Below are positions 41,366 to 56,378 of a DNA stretch of 64,000 nt, in pieces. Below the pieces are notes generated by a model, which saw nothing but the letters and a program-made list of their open reading frames with translations, made no database searches and was not told the DNA's origin. Positions within the stretch are counted from its first letter, which is position 1; each line of letters starts with the position of its first letter. Source of the DNA: Eledone cirrhosa (taxonomy: Eukaryota); assembly GCA_964016885.1 (NCBI GenBank), contig OZ024758.1:8184001-8248000 (forward strand), in the 5' to 3' direction. Both the position numbers and the translations under genes were made by a program.

Positions 41366-42258
41366 ATATATATATTATATATATATATATGTATGTATGT
41401 ATATGTGTGTGTGTGTATGTATATATATATATGTATGTATGTAGGTATATTTCTGTTGGCGTTGCCACGTGACTGAAAGCAGATTAGACAAATCCTCCTC
41501 CTATTTAACTAGCTGATATTGAGGAAGATAAGCCATTTCCAACGCCTTTCAAACCCGAAGGCAGATGTTATTTAATATTCAGTTCCCGCTCTCCTATGTA
41601 GTGAGGCGGATTAGTAAAAGTAGCGTACACTGACAGCTTGGCGCTCTCAACCAACTTGTGCGGCGAATCAGCCATTTTTTAAAAAACGACAACAAAAAAA
41701 AAAGAACCTAAGAAAATAATTATAGTTTATTTAAAATTAAAACTATTTACCTTGATACGTACCTGGAGACTGGTGAGCTCCGCCAGGCTTGAAAAATGGC
41801 CAAGAAATGCCGTATGCCACCACGGCACTCCTCCGATTCCATCATGGCTTACGGGAGCATACCATACTTTCTTCTTCTTCTTCTTCTTCTTCTCCCTTAT
41901 TTTTTCACTCTCCTACGATAGCTTATCTAACTTTAATAGAGACCCCCCCCCCCCTGTCCAAGTGATGCCCCCTATAAGTGGCGTCCATGGCACGTGCTAG
42001 GCTAGCCATACCCTAGTTACGCTTCTGGGTAAAAGTGAGTTTGTACCTGGAATTGAAAAGCCCCATCTCCCTTGTCGCACACTGTGTCACAGTGAATGTC
42101 TCTCAGAACTATGTTAAGGAAGCTCATATTTATGGAATGATAATCACCTGCATGTTCATTCTACAGTTGTTCTGATGACTGAATAAAGCAGAGTACACGT
42201 CACACATACATACATACATACATACATACATACATACATACATACATACATACATACA

Positions 42259-42667
42259 TGGTGGTGGCTGCCAACTCGTTTTCGGGTACGGCCACTACCT
42301 TATATCCATGTAGGAGAACCCCTACCGATGCGCTGAACGAGTGTGACTTTTTAGTCCAGCCAGCGACTTGAAAACTCTGGTACAAACACTACACCTGTGA
42401 CAATTATTGACACATAGTGCTAGGCCCATGGTATCATGTGACGACAAGTGCAGAGAGATCTCCAGATATAAAGCAATGCCTGTGCCGTGAAGCTTTTATA
42501 GTGAGCAAAGGCACTGCACAAAGCCAGTCCCACTCTCTTAACCAAGATGATATTTACCAAAAAGAAGAACAAGTCAACATCACTGGATACCATCAGGGTT
42601 GCAGGTGTTATATCAGAGTTTTCCTTCTCCTAGAATTCTGCCTTGACAAAGGCTAAGGGGTCATCTC
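42259..42667 (-). mobile_element. RTE-derived short element, copy 3
   Basis: Homology to copy 1; flanked on both sides by (TACA)n. Confidence 0.75.
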
Positions 42668-42708
42668 ATACATACATACATACATACATACATACATACA
42701 TACATACA

Positions 42709-42740
<32 letters not shown>

Positions 42741-43019
42741 CAAGCGAGCAGACAAAATACTTTTATACCTGGGTTATAAATATTTGTTTCTACCTGTTGT
42801 GATGTATACATTGGGCCATGCAATAAATGTTTTATGTCGCAGCATACAAATAGTAGCTGATGTTTTCCAGGTAAAAAAATAAGAGAAACCTAATTGACAG
42901 GCATTCATTCTCTGGATTGTATAGTGAACAGAAGCGAGAGCTTAAGAGTCTCACAATGCGAAGTGACTCCCCATAACACCATAAAGATTTTTTCAATTGT
43001 TATGATTTTATCATATAGT

Positions 43020-43485
43020 AAAGTGGTCGTGCAAGTGTCACGTCAAAAAAACACTCGGTCTACACAGTAAAGTGATTGAGTAGGTGTCACGACGAAAAAG
43101 CACCCAGCCCACATTGTAAATGTGGTTGCGATGGCGACACGATAAAACTACCCAGCCTACACTGTAAAGTGGTCATGTAGATGTCACGACAAAAAGCATT
43201 CAGTCCACACTGTAAAGTGGTCATGTAGATGTCACGACAAAAAGCATTCAGTCCACACTGTAAAGTGGTCATGTAGATGTCACGACAAAAAGCATTCAGT
43301 CCACACTGTAAAGTGGTCATATAGGTGTCACGACAAAAAGCATCCAGTCCACACTGTAAAGTGGTCATATAGGTGTCACGACAAAAAGCATCCAGTCCAC
43401 ATTGTAAAGTGGTCATATAGGTGTCACGACAAAAAGCACCCAGTCCACACTGTAAAGTAGTCATATAGGCGTCAGGACAAAAAGC
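43020..43485 (+). repeat. 48-bp minisatellite
   Basis: Unit gtcacgacaaaaagcattcagtccacactgtaaagtggtcatgtagat; period seen at 43183 and 43231. Confidence 0.9.
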
Positions 43486-43685
43486 TTTCGATTGATCTAT
43501 ATTGATCAAAACCCTACTGAAGCCAGGTTTACACACTACCCTCTCTATGATGTATCGCATGAGGTGGAGGTTGTCATGTATGGACCTGGCTGGGATTTCG
43601 CAAGTTTGTGCCTCCCCTACCAAATCCTCGACGACAAGCGCCAACCTCTTCGTTAATACCTTGGCCAAAATCTTAAACTCTGTGT
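43483..43685 (-). mobile_element. L1/Tx1-type RT fragment
   Basis: KILAKVLTKRL...EAQTC.IPARSIHDNL...INIDQSKAF. Confidence 0.75.
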
Positions 43686-44374
43686 TTTATGAGAGAGACA
43701 GGGGAGAGAGAGAGGGGGGATAGAAAGAAAGGAGATGAGAGAGGGCGAGAGAAAAGAGATGAGAGAGAAGGAAGATTAGAGAGAAAGAGAGAGAGGAGGT
43801 GAAAAGGTGGTGAGATAGGGAAGAAGGAGATAAGATGAGGGATATGAAGGGGATGAGATGAAAGAGAGAAGGTGAACAAGTGGAAAATATGGTAATGAAC
43901 GAGAAGGGAAAGAAAAAAAGATTGAATGAATTTGAAAGAAGCGTGAGAAGGAATATTAGGAATAATCTGAATTACGTATGATTTTCTTTGGCAGTATCGG
44001 TAGAGAGTCGGATAATATGCTTTGTGGCATAGAGTTATGGCTCTTTACGTTCTGGTTTCATATCCCGCCGAGGTTAACTTTGCCTTTCATCCTTACGGGG
44101 TCGATAAAATAAAGTACCAGTAATGCACTGGGATAATTGCTAACCTTGTGCCAAATGTAGAAACAATTATTTATATAAACGGTCTGAGTTCTAATTCCAC
44201 CCAGGTTAACTTTACCTTTTTATCCTTACAGGGGTCGATAAAATAAAGCACCAGTAATGTACTGGGGTCGATTTAATCGACTTTCCCGCCTCCTTCAAAT
44301 TGCTGGCCTTGTGCGTAAATCAGAAACCATTATTTTCTTTAATCTATTCTGAACAAACAAAAATGAATATCCCG

Positions 44375-44690
44375 TTATTTCCCTGGGGGTCATTTGTTAA
44401 GTTAACTTGTTTCCCTGGGGGTCATTTGTTAACTTATTTCCCTGGGGGCCATTTCTTAACTTATTTCCCTGGGGGTCATTTGTTAACTTATTTCCCTGGG
44501 GGCCATTTCTTAACTTATTTCCCTGGGGGTCATTTGTTAACTTATTTCCCTGGGGGCCATTTCTTAACTTATTCCCCTGGGGCTCATTTGTTAACTTATT
44601 CCCCTGGGGCTCATTTGTTAACTTATTCCCCTGGGGCTCATTTGTTAACTTATTCCCCTGGGGCTCATTTGTTAAGTTAACTTGTTTCCC
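44375..44690. repeat. 27-bp minisatellite, about 11 copies
   Basis: Unit aacttatttccctgggggtcatttgtt. Confidence 0.9.
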
Positions 44691-44913
44691 GGGAGGGGGG
44701 GGGGGGATTTTGTCTGAGCCAAGAAGAAACATATCCAGAAAAAGTAACATAATTCTATTTGTATGTATACATGGTCCCGGGACACCCAGTGGAGTCGCAG
44801 GGGCGGAGTGTTGACATGCGGCGTTTCTTGAGCATTTCTTAAAACCTAGTGGAGCCCAACTCCTCTCCAGGTCTGAATACAGCAGATTTCTTCCAGAGAA
44901 GGAGAGAGAGAGA

Positions 44914-45027
<114 letters not shown>

Positions 45028-45036
45028 AGAGAGGGT

Positions 45037-45069
<33 letters not shown>

Positions 45070-45088
45070 GAGAGAGAGAGAGAAGGAG

Positions 45089-45156
<68 letters not shown>

Positions 45157-45164
45157 AGAGACAC

Positions 45165-45232
<68 letters not shown>

Positions 45233-45759
45233 TGAAAGTAGGAAAGAGATATAGAGGAAGAATCGATCCCAGTACTTGACTGGTACCTTTTTTTTATCGA
45301 CTTCGAATGGATGAAAGGCAAAGTTGACCTCGGCTGGCTTTCAACTCAGAGAGGAGAGAGTCAGAACAAACACCGCAAGGTATTCTATCCGACGCTCTAA
45401 CGATTCTTCCAATTCGCCGCCTCTTTTATATATTAAGATTACAGAAAATAATAGAGAACTTCTTGGTACCTTCAGCCTGCAATATAATTCTATGATTCTT
45501 AGTTATAGTTTAGTTCCCATGGGAAGTGTACATAGAATGAGATGACAAATAGACGGTGTTTTGTCACGCAGAGCAAAACTAAAATAAAATTAAAAGAAAG
45601 AATATAAGACTCGAAGCAATAACCTTATTGTATATTGAAAGCAAAGGTGGAAAGTACATAGAAAACCTTATTTATTTACGAATATAACACGCTACTCACA
45701 CTGACCTGTGTTACCTACTGGCTTATTGCTATGTCATTTAGAGCAACATATACATACAT

Positions 45760-45806
<47 letters not shown>

Positions 45807-45878
45807 TGTGTCTGTGTGTGTGTGTGGGGGGGGTCTGTGTCTGTGTGTATGTGTGTGTGTGTGTCTGTGTGTGTGTGT

Positions 45879-45920
<42 letters not shown>

Positions 45921-46979
45921 ATCTATCTATTTATAATTTTATGAATTAGCAGTATCGGTAGAGGGTCGGACGCCATGCTTTGACGCGTAGAGTTACGGCC
46001 CTTGCCATTCTGAGTTCAAATCCCGCCGAGGTTATCTTTGCCTTTCATCCTTACGGGGTCGATAAAATAAAGTACCAGTAATGTACTGGGTTATTTCTGG
46101 CCTTGTGCCAATAGTAGAAACAATTATTTATATATATATATATATATATAGGAACAAGTATGACCCCGACGGCAGAGCTCAAGCCGTTTCGACGGCTATT
46201 TCTGGACCTATTCTGGGAGTCCAGAAATAGCCGTCGAAACGGCTTGAGCTCTGCCGTCGGGGTCATACTCTCTCATATATATATATATATATATAGGCTA
46301 GGTTATTGAGAATGACCAGCCATGAACTCCAGCCATTTTACAATTCAAACTACTACACTACCACTACCACCACCACCACCACCACAACAACAACAACAAC
46401 AACAACAACAATCATGAACGCTCCCGGCACCACCTACAATAATTGTTTCTATTTTTGGCACAAGGCCAGCAATTATACCCAGTGAATTACTGGTACTTTA
46501 TTTTATCGACCCCGTAAGGATGAAAGGCAAAGCTAACCTCGGCGGGATTTGAACACAAAACGTAAAGGGCCATAACTAAATACTGTAAAGCATTTTGTCC
46601 GACGCTCCACCGATTCTGCAATCCAGCAATAATAGTTCCTTTGTTAACTACAAAGATCTCATACACGCAGTAACCTTTAAACCATAGGGTTTATACTACT
46701 TGTTGGGTTAGAACAAATAAAGTTATATAAAAAGAAGTGGAGTGGGCCAGACGTTATACAAAGATAGAAATTTAATAAAACATGTTGTTATCCGATTCAT
46801 TTACTCTCGGGTCTCGAATAGCCCCCCCCACCACCACCACCACACACACACACACACCCACACCCACACCCCAACCGCTTATTCATTTTACAGATTTTTC
46901 TAAACCCGCTCCCCCGGTTTATTAAATTTTCCTAATCTATCTCCGGCGAAATTTTATTTTAAGTGGTAGCATTCCTGCG

Positions 46980-47465
46980 ACAATTTTCGGCCACAAACCC
47001 CGGCATCGCGGCCCGCCTCGCAGAAGAACGTAAACTAAACAAATGCCGAGGTTTGTCCGGCCACTTCCTCTTCGCACTGGTCGCAGTCGAGACCTTGACC
47101 ATACTTGGACCCCCGTCCTGCCGAGCTCCTCGGCAAAATCGGAGCGTCGGCGGCCCGTCTGAGGAGGGAGCCCCGCCAGGCTGGGTGGCTGTTGCAGCGG
47201 GTGTCACTGGCCATCGTCCGGGGGAATGCTTTTGCCGTCTTGTCAGCGGGGCGCAGCACTCTTGCCATCTTTCCCTGGACCCAAAGCCCAATCACCCTTC
47301 ACCCTCCCCTTTCTCGCCCCCCGCCACCCCTTCCCGTTCCTTTTCTTTCTTTCTCTCTCTTTTTTTTCCTATATTTTCCTATTCTTTCTTTCCTTTTGTC
47401 CCCCACCCCTCCTTTTATTTTCTTACTAAACAAGGTTTGTTTTTTGCTTTTGAATAAAAATTTGC
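46980..47465 (+). mobile_element. CRE/RLE-type non-LTR element 3' end
   Basis: AEERKLNKC...VAVETL.ILGP / EPRQAGWLLQRVSLAIVRGNAFAV, then a pyrimidine-rich UTR and AATAAA. Confidence 0.8.
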
Positions 47466-48169
47466 ATACAGAAAAAATAAAATAAAATTACATTAAACAA
47501 CATTATACATGACACCACCCAAAAGTACATTACAAGAAATCTCATGTTATAAAATAAATAGGATGCGTTGGGGTCTTAATATGTAAACTAAACGACCAAT
47601 ACTGATTTTTTTTTTTAAATCAACGGAGAAAAATTACCTATTTCCGCCCATGAGAGTATCTTTGTCAGCCAATGAACTTTTCAGCCGACCCTCGGTTATA
47701 TATTAGTCTTTGGCATTTCCCTGTAATACCAAGATGGTATTTCAGTCATTTGTCTCTGACATTATTCGGCAGAAATAGAAATTATGGAAACATTTAAAGA
47801 AGTAATTTCATCTTTCAAGTAAATGAATCTCAATTTACTAACATTTCCAGAGGAAATACTGTATTTGCCGGCGTATTAGACGGAAAATAAAACATCTAAT
47901 AAATCTTCCCTACGTCTAATACATCCGTATCCCCGATGGGAGACTGACGGACCTTACATAGTAAATGTACAATGAAAAAATAATTAAATAATTTTTAATA
48001 AATTTATTTTTAAAATGTACTAAAATTCTTTTTTGCTTTGTCTTCCATATCTCTCTTGCCCTCGCTCTACTATCTCTCTCTCTCTTTCTATCTATCTCTC
48101 GCACTCTCTCTCTCTCTCGCCTTCGGTCCTCCCTTTTCTCCGATCCTCGTACAAGCAATACCCAAGAAA

Positions 48170-48545
48170 CTAGGACGATTGCCAGGCATTAAACTCTTCT
48201 TCGACTGCCACTTGCAGCAACACTTTCTCCAGCTGCAACCTGGTGCAGTCTGCGACTAACCCAGGTTCTGCTGCATTTCCGGCTGAGGAGAGCAAACTCT
48301 CCAAGTATCGGTCGCTCTCCGACAGGTTTGCGGTCGTGTCCCTAGCAGTGGAGACTTCTGGTGTCCTTGGCCCTAGGATTACCTCCCTACTTACCACCAT
48401 AGGCGCTGAGCTGGCCAGCCGCAGGTGTGAACCTCGCGAGATGAGATGGAATGGCTCTTCCAGCGCATCTCCCTTACCATCCTCTGGGAAAACGCCTTCT
48501 CCATTCTGTCTACCGGGGCCGTGGAGCGGCCAACACGTTGGACCC
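48170..48545 (+). mobile_element. CRE/RLE-type non-LTR element C-terminal fragment
   Basis: AEESKLSKYRSL...LAVETSGVLGP...EPRE / WLFQRISL; a small related copy lies at about 57825-57920. Confidence 0.75.
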
Positions 48546-49226
48546 CATCTGCTCATAATACAGAGAGATGGAGGCGATGACAGTGGGAGTTCGGCTCTTC
48601 CGTGTACCAGATTATTATCGAACTTTAAATATGAGAAACTACTTAAAGCTCCCACAAGGTCTCACTTATACTACTTCACAGAAAAAAAAAAAATTTGCCA
48701 TACACATCTGTCAATTACGTTTATCGATAAACGTCTTTTTTTGCACGAAGAAATTCGCAATGATTGTTAAGTGAAGTAAATAACTTGTACTACAGGTAAG
48801 TAATGATACTTCAGTAGAGTAGCCAGTCGTTCAGACTGATTACTGAGAAATATTTACTGATTTACAACTACTACAGAATAAGAGGATTACAACGAGGCTG
48901 AGATGAAATCTTAAGTTCAAAAATCTTAACTGCTTATTTTTGTTCTTGATTTTTCTGTATTGTTACATCAACCATAATAATTGTTTCTACTTTAGGCACA
49001 AGGCCAGCAATTACCCAGTGCATTACTGGTACTTTATTTTATCGACCCCCGTAAGGATGAAAGGCAAAGTCGACCTCGGCGGGATTTGAACTCAGAATGG
49101 AAAGGGTCGTAATTCTCAAGTATGCTTGTGTATGTGTACGTATATATATATATATACGCTTTTTTTTTTTAGTCCAGAATTAGCCGTCGAAACGGCTTGA
49201 GCTCAGCTGTCGGGGTCTTACTGGTT

Positions 49227-49273
<47 letters not shown>

Positions 49274-49458
49274 CGAAGGAAATGTGGTAAGGAACCAGGT
49301 GGACCATAACGCACCAAAGCACTCAATACTTAGGGTAGTAGAGTGGGTAATAGGAACGAGTAGGACCCCGACGGCTGAGCTCAAGCCGTTTCGACGGCTA
49401 ATTCTAGACTAAAATTCTGAACATTTTAGTCCAGAATTAGCCGTCGGGGTCCTACTCG

Positions 49459-49519
<61 letters not shown>

Positions 49520-49569
49520 TTATAAAGGAAACGAAAAATCAGTGATGCATCTGGACTTAGTTTATTTCG

Positions 49570-49657
49570 TGTTACAAATGTTTCGCCGGCATGTAGCTCG
49601 AGTCATGGTCCTTGTGTGGATCTGGCTGATTCTACTTCTGCGGGTTCTTTCAGACGC
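49570..49657 (-). ncRNA. Hammerhead-like motif with extended stem II
   Basis: GU-CUGAAAGA...GC-GAAAC AUUU GUA-AC followed by AAATAAA and (TA)n. The core has an extra base. Confidence 0.45.
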
Positions 49658-49737
49658 TGGTATTACGTCTGATGAATATCGAGTGCTAATTTTGGCATAC
49701 CGCCTATGGAAGCACCATAGCTACCACTATACACAAC

Positions 49738-49812
<75 letters not shown>

Positions 49813-51473
49813 AGTATTTCCGTGGAAAAAGTAAAGGAAAGAAGAGTGCTCTATGTATTGTACAGAGCTATTTAATTATATAATAAACAACACCATATAA
49901 TTATTCCATTACCTGATATTCTAAGTTTGTTAACTATTTATTTCTTGTAATTTTTAAATATATCTATCTTTTTGTCGAAAGACAGCCATAAATCTTCCTT
50001 TAGTATATCTTTAGTTAAACTATACATAAAATAACAACAAACTAATTTATTGAACTATTATATTTGATAAACATTTACAAATGTAAGGAAGAGCCATGTA
50101 AATAGTTATTTCTCCAAACGCTGAATAATTATATAATTATATTCTAGTAATGAATTATTAAAATATTATTCTTATCTTTAATTACTTCCACGTGTCAGTG
50201 ACAAAACATAAACCATAAGGTTTCTCTTATGCAAACTGTTAACTTATCGAAAGGCAAATTTCTCAGTTTGTATGATTGTTCATATTATATATGCAGTTAT
50301 AAGGGTGGTGGATTGGCAGAATCAGTAGAGCGTCGGACAACATGCTTAACGGCATAGAGTTGCGGTCCTTTACGGTCTGAGTTCAAATCTCGCCGAAGTT
50401 AACTTTGCCTTTCATCCTTACGGGGTCGATAAATAAAGTACCAGTGTGTTTGTTTGTGTATGTGTATTTCTGTGTGTGTGCGTAGTAGTGAATGTTAATT
50501 GCGTGTGTGTATGCTTGTAAGTGTATAATGATATTTGAGTATGTATTTAATTATGAATATTTTTGTTGTTGTTTTCGATTCAGTGACCTTCAGTGACCTT
50601 GAGTGACCTTTAGTGACCTTCAGTGACCTGTCTTATTTAACTAGAAAGATATCCCCGAATCGTGTGGCACGGTCGCGTAACTCCCGACGGAGGATCGTTG
50701 TAGTAACATAGGGTGTTTCTCGGGCATTTTAAAGTCTGGCGGATCCCGTTCTTCTTCAGGCCTAACTACAGCAGACTTCTTCCAGAGTATGATAAAACGT
50801 GAGAGAGAAGAAGTGAGAAAAAGATATAGAAGAAGAATCGACCCCAAGTACCTACTGGTACTTTTTTCATCGACCTCGAAAAAACAAATTTGACCTCGAT
50901 ACCTCCGAACAGGTGAAGGTAAACATAGACATCCCTTTACTGCAAATGGAGTCTTGGACATTTAAAACCTAGCGGAGGCAAGTGAGGAAGAATTGACCCC
51001 AGTTTTTGGCTGGTACTTTATTTATCGACGTCGGGAGGATTTCAATTCAGAGTTCAGTTAGTCACATTAAAAATCTCTTCATGTTTTTAATCTGACTTCT
51101 TAAACCCACTCCCAATTCGCCGCTTTTACAAAATTTAACAATAAAAAGTACAATGAACTCCATTAATAAATGTGTTGCTTTGATGTCGTTTTCTTCATTT
51201 AATTTTTTAACCTGGATATGTGAAGATAATATAGATAAACTTTACTAAGTCAGCCGTGTCAGCCGTGTCAACAAAACTGCACTCATTCAACCTCAAAACA
51301 TCAAACTTTTATTTATCATCTTCGTTTCTAATGCACAATTACTATTTCTAACGTTGTGGTCTTTAATCCCCCCCCCCACTCTCTCTCTCTCTCTCATATA
51401 TATATAATCTATCTATCTATTCTTCCAATTGTGTGTCTTTTCCTCTCTTTCTCTCTCTCTATATATATATCTA

Positions 51474-51513
<40 letters not shown>

Positions 51514-51547
51514 TGTATGTGTGTGTGTGTGATAGTAGAGTATGTGT

Positions 51548-51578
<31 letters not shown>

Positions 51579-51599
51579 AACAACAGAGAAACAATAAAC

Positions 51600-51747
<148 letters not shown>

Positions 51748-52112
51748 TGTTTCTCTGTTGTTGGAACTAAGTTGGCTCATAAATAACGAATGAATTAAAT
51801 AAAGACACTTCCTCTTGCGCAGCTTTTGTTTAACCATTTCACGTGCATTGATATTTAATGGCAGGAATTACTTCTTTATTAGCATTAGTGGCAACGATAA
51901 CCATTTAATATTTATTACATGGCTATCGGTGATATTGTCGGAACAACAAACAAAGGCTTGATTAACTGATAAAATGGCCGACGAACAAACACTATAGCAA
52001 TAAACTCGCTGTGCTTTCGTTTAACGCATTTGTACATGCGCAGTTAGTGAGTATATTGCCTATAGTGTTTGGTGTATGGATACTGAGGTGTTAGTGAGAA
52101 TATTGCCTATAA

Positions 52113-53296
52113 CAAGCATGTCAAACTGTTGGTCCCTCGAGAGCCACATGGGTCACACGTGTGTTGTATGAGGGCCACATGGGTCACACGTGTGTTGTCT
52201 GAGGTCCACATGGGTCACATGTATTGTCTGAGGGCCACATGGGTCACATATGTGTTGTCTGAGGGCCACATGGGTCACATGTGTTGTATGAGGGCCACAT
52301 GGGTCATATATGTGTTGTCTGAGGGCCACATGGGTCACATATGTGTTGTCTGAGGACCACATGGGTCACACGTGTGTTGTCTGAGGGCCACATGGGTCAC
52401 ATATGTGTTGTCTGAGGGCCACATGGGTCACACGTGTGTTGTCTGAGGGCCACATGGGTCACATATGTGTTGTCTGAGGGCCACATGGGTCACACGTGTG
52501 TTGTCTGAGGGCCACATGGGTCACATATGTGTTGTCTGAGGGCCACATGGGTCACATGTGTGTTGTCTGAGGGCCGCATGGGTCACACGTGTGTTGTCTG
52601 AGGGCCACATGGGTCACATATGTGTTGTCTGAGGGCCACATGGGTCACATATGTGTTGTCTGAGGGCCACATGGGTCACACCTGTGTTGTCTGAGGGCCA
52701 CATGGGTCACACGTGTGTTGTCTGAGGGCCATATGGGTCACATATATGTTGTCTGAGGGCCACATGGGTCACATATGTGTTGTCTGAGGACCACATGGGT
52801 CACACGTGTGTTGTCTGAGGGCCACATGGGTCACATATGTGTTGTCTGAGGGCCACATGGGTCACACGTGTGTTGTCTGAGGGCCACATGGGTCACATAT
52901 GTGTTGTCTGAGGGCCACATGGGTCACATATGTGTTGTCTGAGGGCCACATGGGTCACATATGTGTTGTCTGAGGACCACATGGATCACATGTGTTGTAT
53001 GAGGGCCACATAGGTCACACGTGTGTTGTCTGAGGGCCACATGGGTCACATATGTGTTGTCTGAGGGCCACATGGGTCACACATGTGTTGTCTGAGGGCC
53101 ACATGGGTCACATATGTGTTGTCTGAGGGCCACATGGATCACATGCGTTGTATGAGGGCCACACATGACAACTAATTGTGGACATTACAACAATTTTTAA
53201 AATGTTATATTATGAAGATAAAACAAGCTCGCGCTATAAAAACGTTTGTGCGGGCCGCAGATGTGCTTGTAAAGGGCCGCATGTTTGACATGCCTT
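52113..53296. mobile_element. hAT-type MITE carrying about 33 copies of a 31-bp tandem repeat
   Basis: TIRs CAAGCATGTCAAAC / GTTTGACATGCCTT; unit gagggccacatgggtcacatatgtgttgtct; approximate TSD gcctataa/acctatag. Confidence 0.85.
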
Positions 53297-53814
53297 ACCT
53301 ATAGTGTTTGGTGTATGGATACTGAGGTATATTAGTGAGTATATGTATGCGTGCATGGTCCCGTAACTCCCGAGGGAGTGGTCGGGACGCCATATTGAAA
53401 TATGGCGTATCTATGATATCTTCTAAACCTGGCTGAGCCCATCTCCTCTCCAGGCCTGAATACAGCAGATTTCTTCCAGAGAAGGATAGAGAGAGTGGGA
53501 GAGAATGGAAGTGAGAAAGAGATATAGAGGAGGAATTAACCCCAGTACTTGACTGGTACTTTTTTAATCGACCTCTAAAGGATGAAAGGCAAAGATGACC
53601 TCGGGTGGGGTTGAACTCAGAGAGTAAAGAGCCGAAACTAATACTGCAAAACATTCTATCTGACTTTCTAACAACTCTGACAGTTCAAGCCTTAGTGTAT
53701 ATATAACGATGGTGTATATATAGTGTATAGTGTATATATAGTGGTGGTGTATAAATACTGTGTATGTGTGTGTGTGTGTGCGTGCGTCCGCACGAGTGTG
53801 TGTGTGTCTGTATA

Positions 53815-53880
<66 letters not shown>

Positions 53881-53999
53881 AGTCTTTAATGCGTTGAAAT
53901 ACCAACGATAATCAGCAGACTACTGAAGAGGACATTTTACCCCTTGTCTAATTTTATTCATATGTTCATGTTCGCAACAACGCAGCACGCCATTCTTCA

Positions 54000-54044
<45 letters not shown>

Positions 54045-54553
54045 GCACACACATACACACTATATATATATATATATATATATTGTAATTGGTAGAGGCT
54101 CTGACAAGAAAGATGTGCAACAAAACAGACAAATACACAGACACAGATGTTCCAGAAGACATCAAGACATCAAATAGAAATACAAGCAGGAAAACAGTAG
54201 AATTCAAGGAAATATACATGTTTACACATCTCGTGTGTCAGTATGGAGGAATCAAAGATTATGTAAATATTAACTTGATATCCGTTACTTTGTTAAATCT
54301 AGTCCAAGTCCTGGTTGAACCAATTCTGATCTGTGGAGCTGAAACTTGGACATCAATAATTATCTTACAAAAATGACTGGAAGGTACATATAACATCCTC
54401 CTTTGTAGAGGCAGAAGACATACACTGGAGAGAGAGAGAGGGAGAGGTGGGGCGGGGGGAGAAGGCAGGATCGAAGGCGAGAGAGAGAGAGAGAGAGAGA
54501 GCATGCCACCTTAAAACAAATATACAGAAAGCTAAAGCCAATATATGTGTGTC

Positions 54554-54860
54554 TACGAGGGTTGGTTGAAAGATTCATAGGCTGACTATGAAGGAGTTAT
54601 GCTAGAGCTGTGAAATCTTACATTCATTCATTTGAAATGTGGCCTCCCTGCTCGCCTGATTTGAACCCTTTGGACTTTTCAATATGGTCTATCTTTGAAG
54701 AAAAAGCCTGTTCAAAAGTCCATAAGACAGTCGAGTATTTAAATGCATCTTTACTGAGCTTTGAAAGAAATTCCCCCAGAATGTTGCGTGTTTCAGTGAA
54801 AGATGTTCGACGGGGGTTAGAGGCTGTTATTGCTGCATGAAGGGGTCATTTTGAATAAAC
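54554..54860 (+). mobile_element. Internally deleted Tc1/mariner element
   Basis: TIR-like start and WPPCSPDLNPLDFSIW transposase C-terminal motif, ending with GGHFE. Confidence 0.8.
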
Positions 54861-54934
54861 TCTATTCATTATATTCTAAAGATATCTATGTATAGAATCA
54901 TATATGTATAGAATCAGGCCCCACTCTGTTTATA

Positions 54935-54968
<34 letters not shown>

Positions 54969-55198
54969 TTTTTTTCAATCATATATATTTTTATTTGTTT
55001 GACCCGAATTTTCTTGATCGTATTTTTGGCTGTGCGAATGATTGTTTAAGCATCGTCTCAGTGTGTTGGTATTAAACGTTAGTTATAGCTCTGGTTTATC
55101 CGAACCATTGAGCACTTTGCCGCACATTTCGAAGATTGTTTTTCGTTATTTCGTGGGCCGAAGTTCCGATTCTCGATAATTTTATTTGTATTTTTATT

Positions 55199-55282
<84 letters not shown>

Positions 55283-55284
55283 CA

Positions 55285-55562
55285 GTCTAAAGTCTGTCTT
55301 AAGCCAGAAAGTTCATTTGGCCGGTGCTTATCCCGGTTTCATGGCGGGAAGCGACTGAGAGTACAAGACCCCTCTCCTGGACAGGACGCTAGTCCATCGC
55401 AAGGTTAAACCCCCAGCTATTGCTAGTACTCATTTTCAGTTGAGTATACTGGAGCAATGTGAGATGAAGTGTTTTGCTCAAGAACATAACACACAACCCA
55501 GGAGTCGAACCCACGACATTATGATCGTAAGTCCAACACCCTTACCACTAGGTCACGTGCCT

Positions 55563-55565
<3 letters not shown>
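55285..55565 (-). mobile_element. tRNA-derived SINE with CORE/Meta-like centre
   Basis: Minus strand: GGAGGCACGTGACCTAGTGGTAAGG...GGTTCGACTCC...CTTGAGCAAAACACTT...GCGATGGACTAGCGTCCTGTCCAGG. Confidence 0.8.
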
Positions 55566-55660
<95 letters not shown>

Positions 55661-55956
55661 CCGAGTTGTGTCGGGAGTAATCACAGTTAAAAATGTACTC
55701 AATACATGGATAGAGTGTAGATATTTTTTTTAATTTTATATAGAAATTACTTCTACAGGACTAGAACTATTTCATTCGTATGATGATTTCATACAAATGA
55801 AACATTTCTAATCCTCTAGAAGTAATTTCTATGTAAAATTAAATATATATATATTATAGATAGATATGTATAGATATGTTTTTACATAGCTACGGCTTCC
55901 TAAATATTTACCTATAAACATACCGTGTTTCTTTAGAAATACGAAATTTCTATACA

Positions 55957-55988
<32 letters not shown>

Positions 55989-56007
55989 GATCTATCTATC
56001 TATCTAT

Positions 56008-56378
56008 CCCTTCTTTAAGTATCACTTTAGAAGGAGAATCAGGGTGGAGAGAGAGGCACTGCACCCCAGTAAATTTACTGAAAGGTGGGTGAATGAAGCA
56101 AAATGGTCCGAGTGATTGGGCCTTCTCTGTTTATAGGCCTGTAGGTTGAGGAAGAGAGCAAAAGGAAGAAAGGAGCACTTGCACAACACGCTCCTGGAGT
56201 TGAGGGTTGTTTTATCGACGGGGTATTAAACAACCCATTTGTGGCGCCTCCCCCCTATTGGGGATTTCGATTGTTGTAATTGTTTGTTTTTATATTTTTT
56301 ACACGACTGTATGTAAAATCCCCGGCATGTCTTTGTATTGTCCCCTTTTCTTGTGCGCCCTTGTGGATAATAAAGAAA
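56008..56378 (+). mobile_element. Probable L1/Tx1-like LINE 3' end
   Basis: FFKYHFRRRIRVERE...FTERW, then a UTR ending AATAAAG, between (TATC)n tracts. Confidence 0.5.

Noticed and set aside
41568-41675. Short minus-strand ORF MADSPHKLVES... after AAAATGGC
   Set aside because: Only 35 aa, with no recognisable homology or supported splice partner.
43087-43668. 193-aa ORF with Cys-containing repeats
   Set aside because: Chance fusion of an L1 RT fragment with the 48-bp minisatellite.
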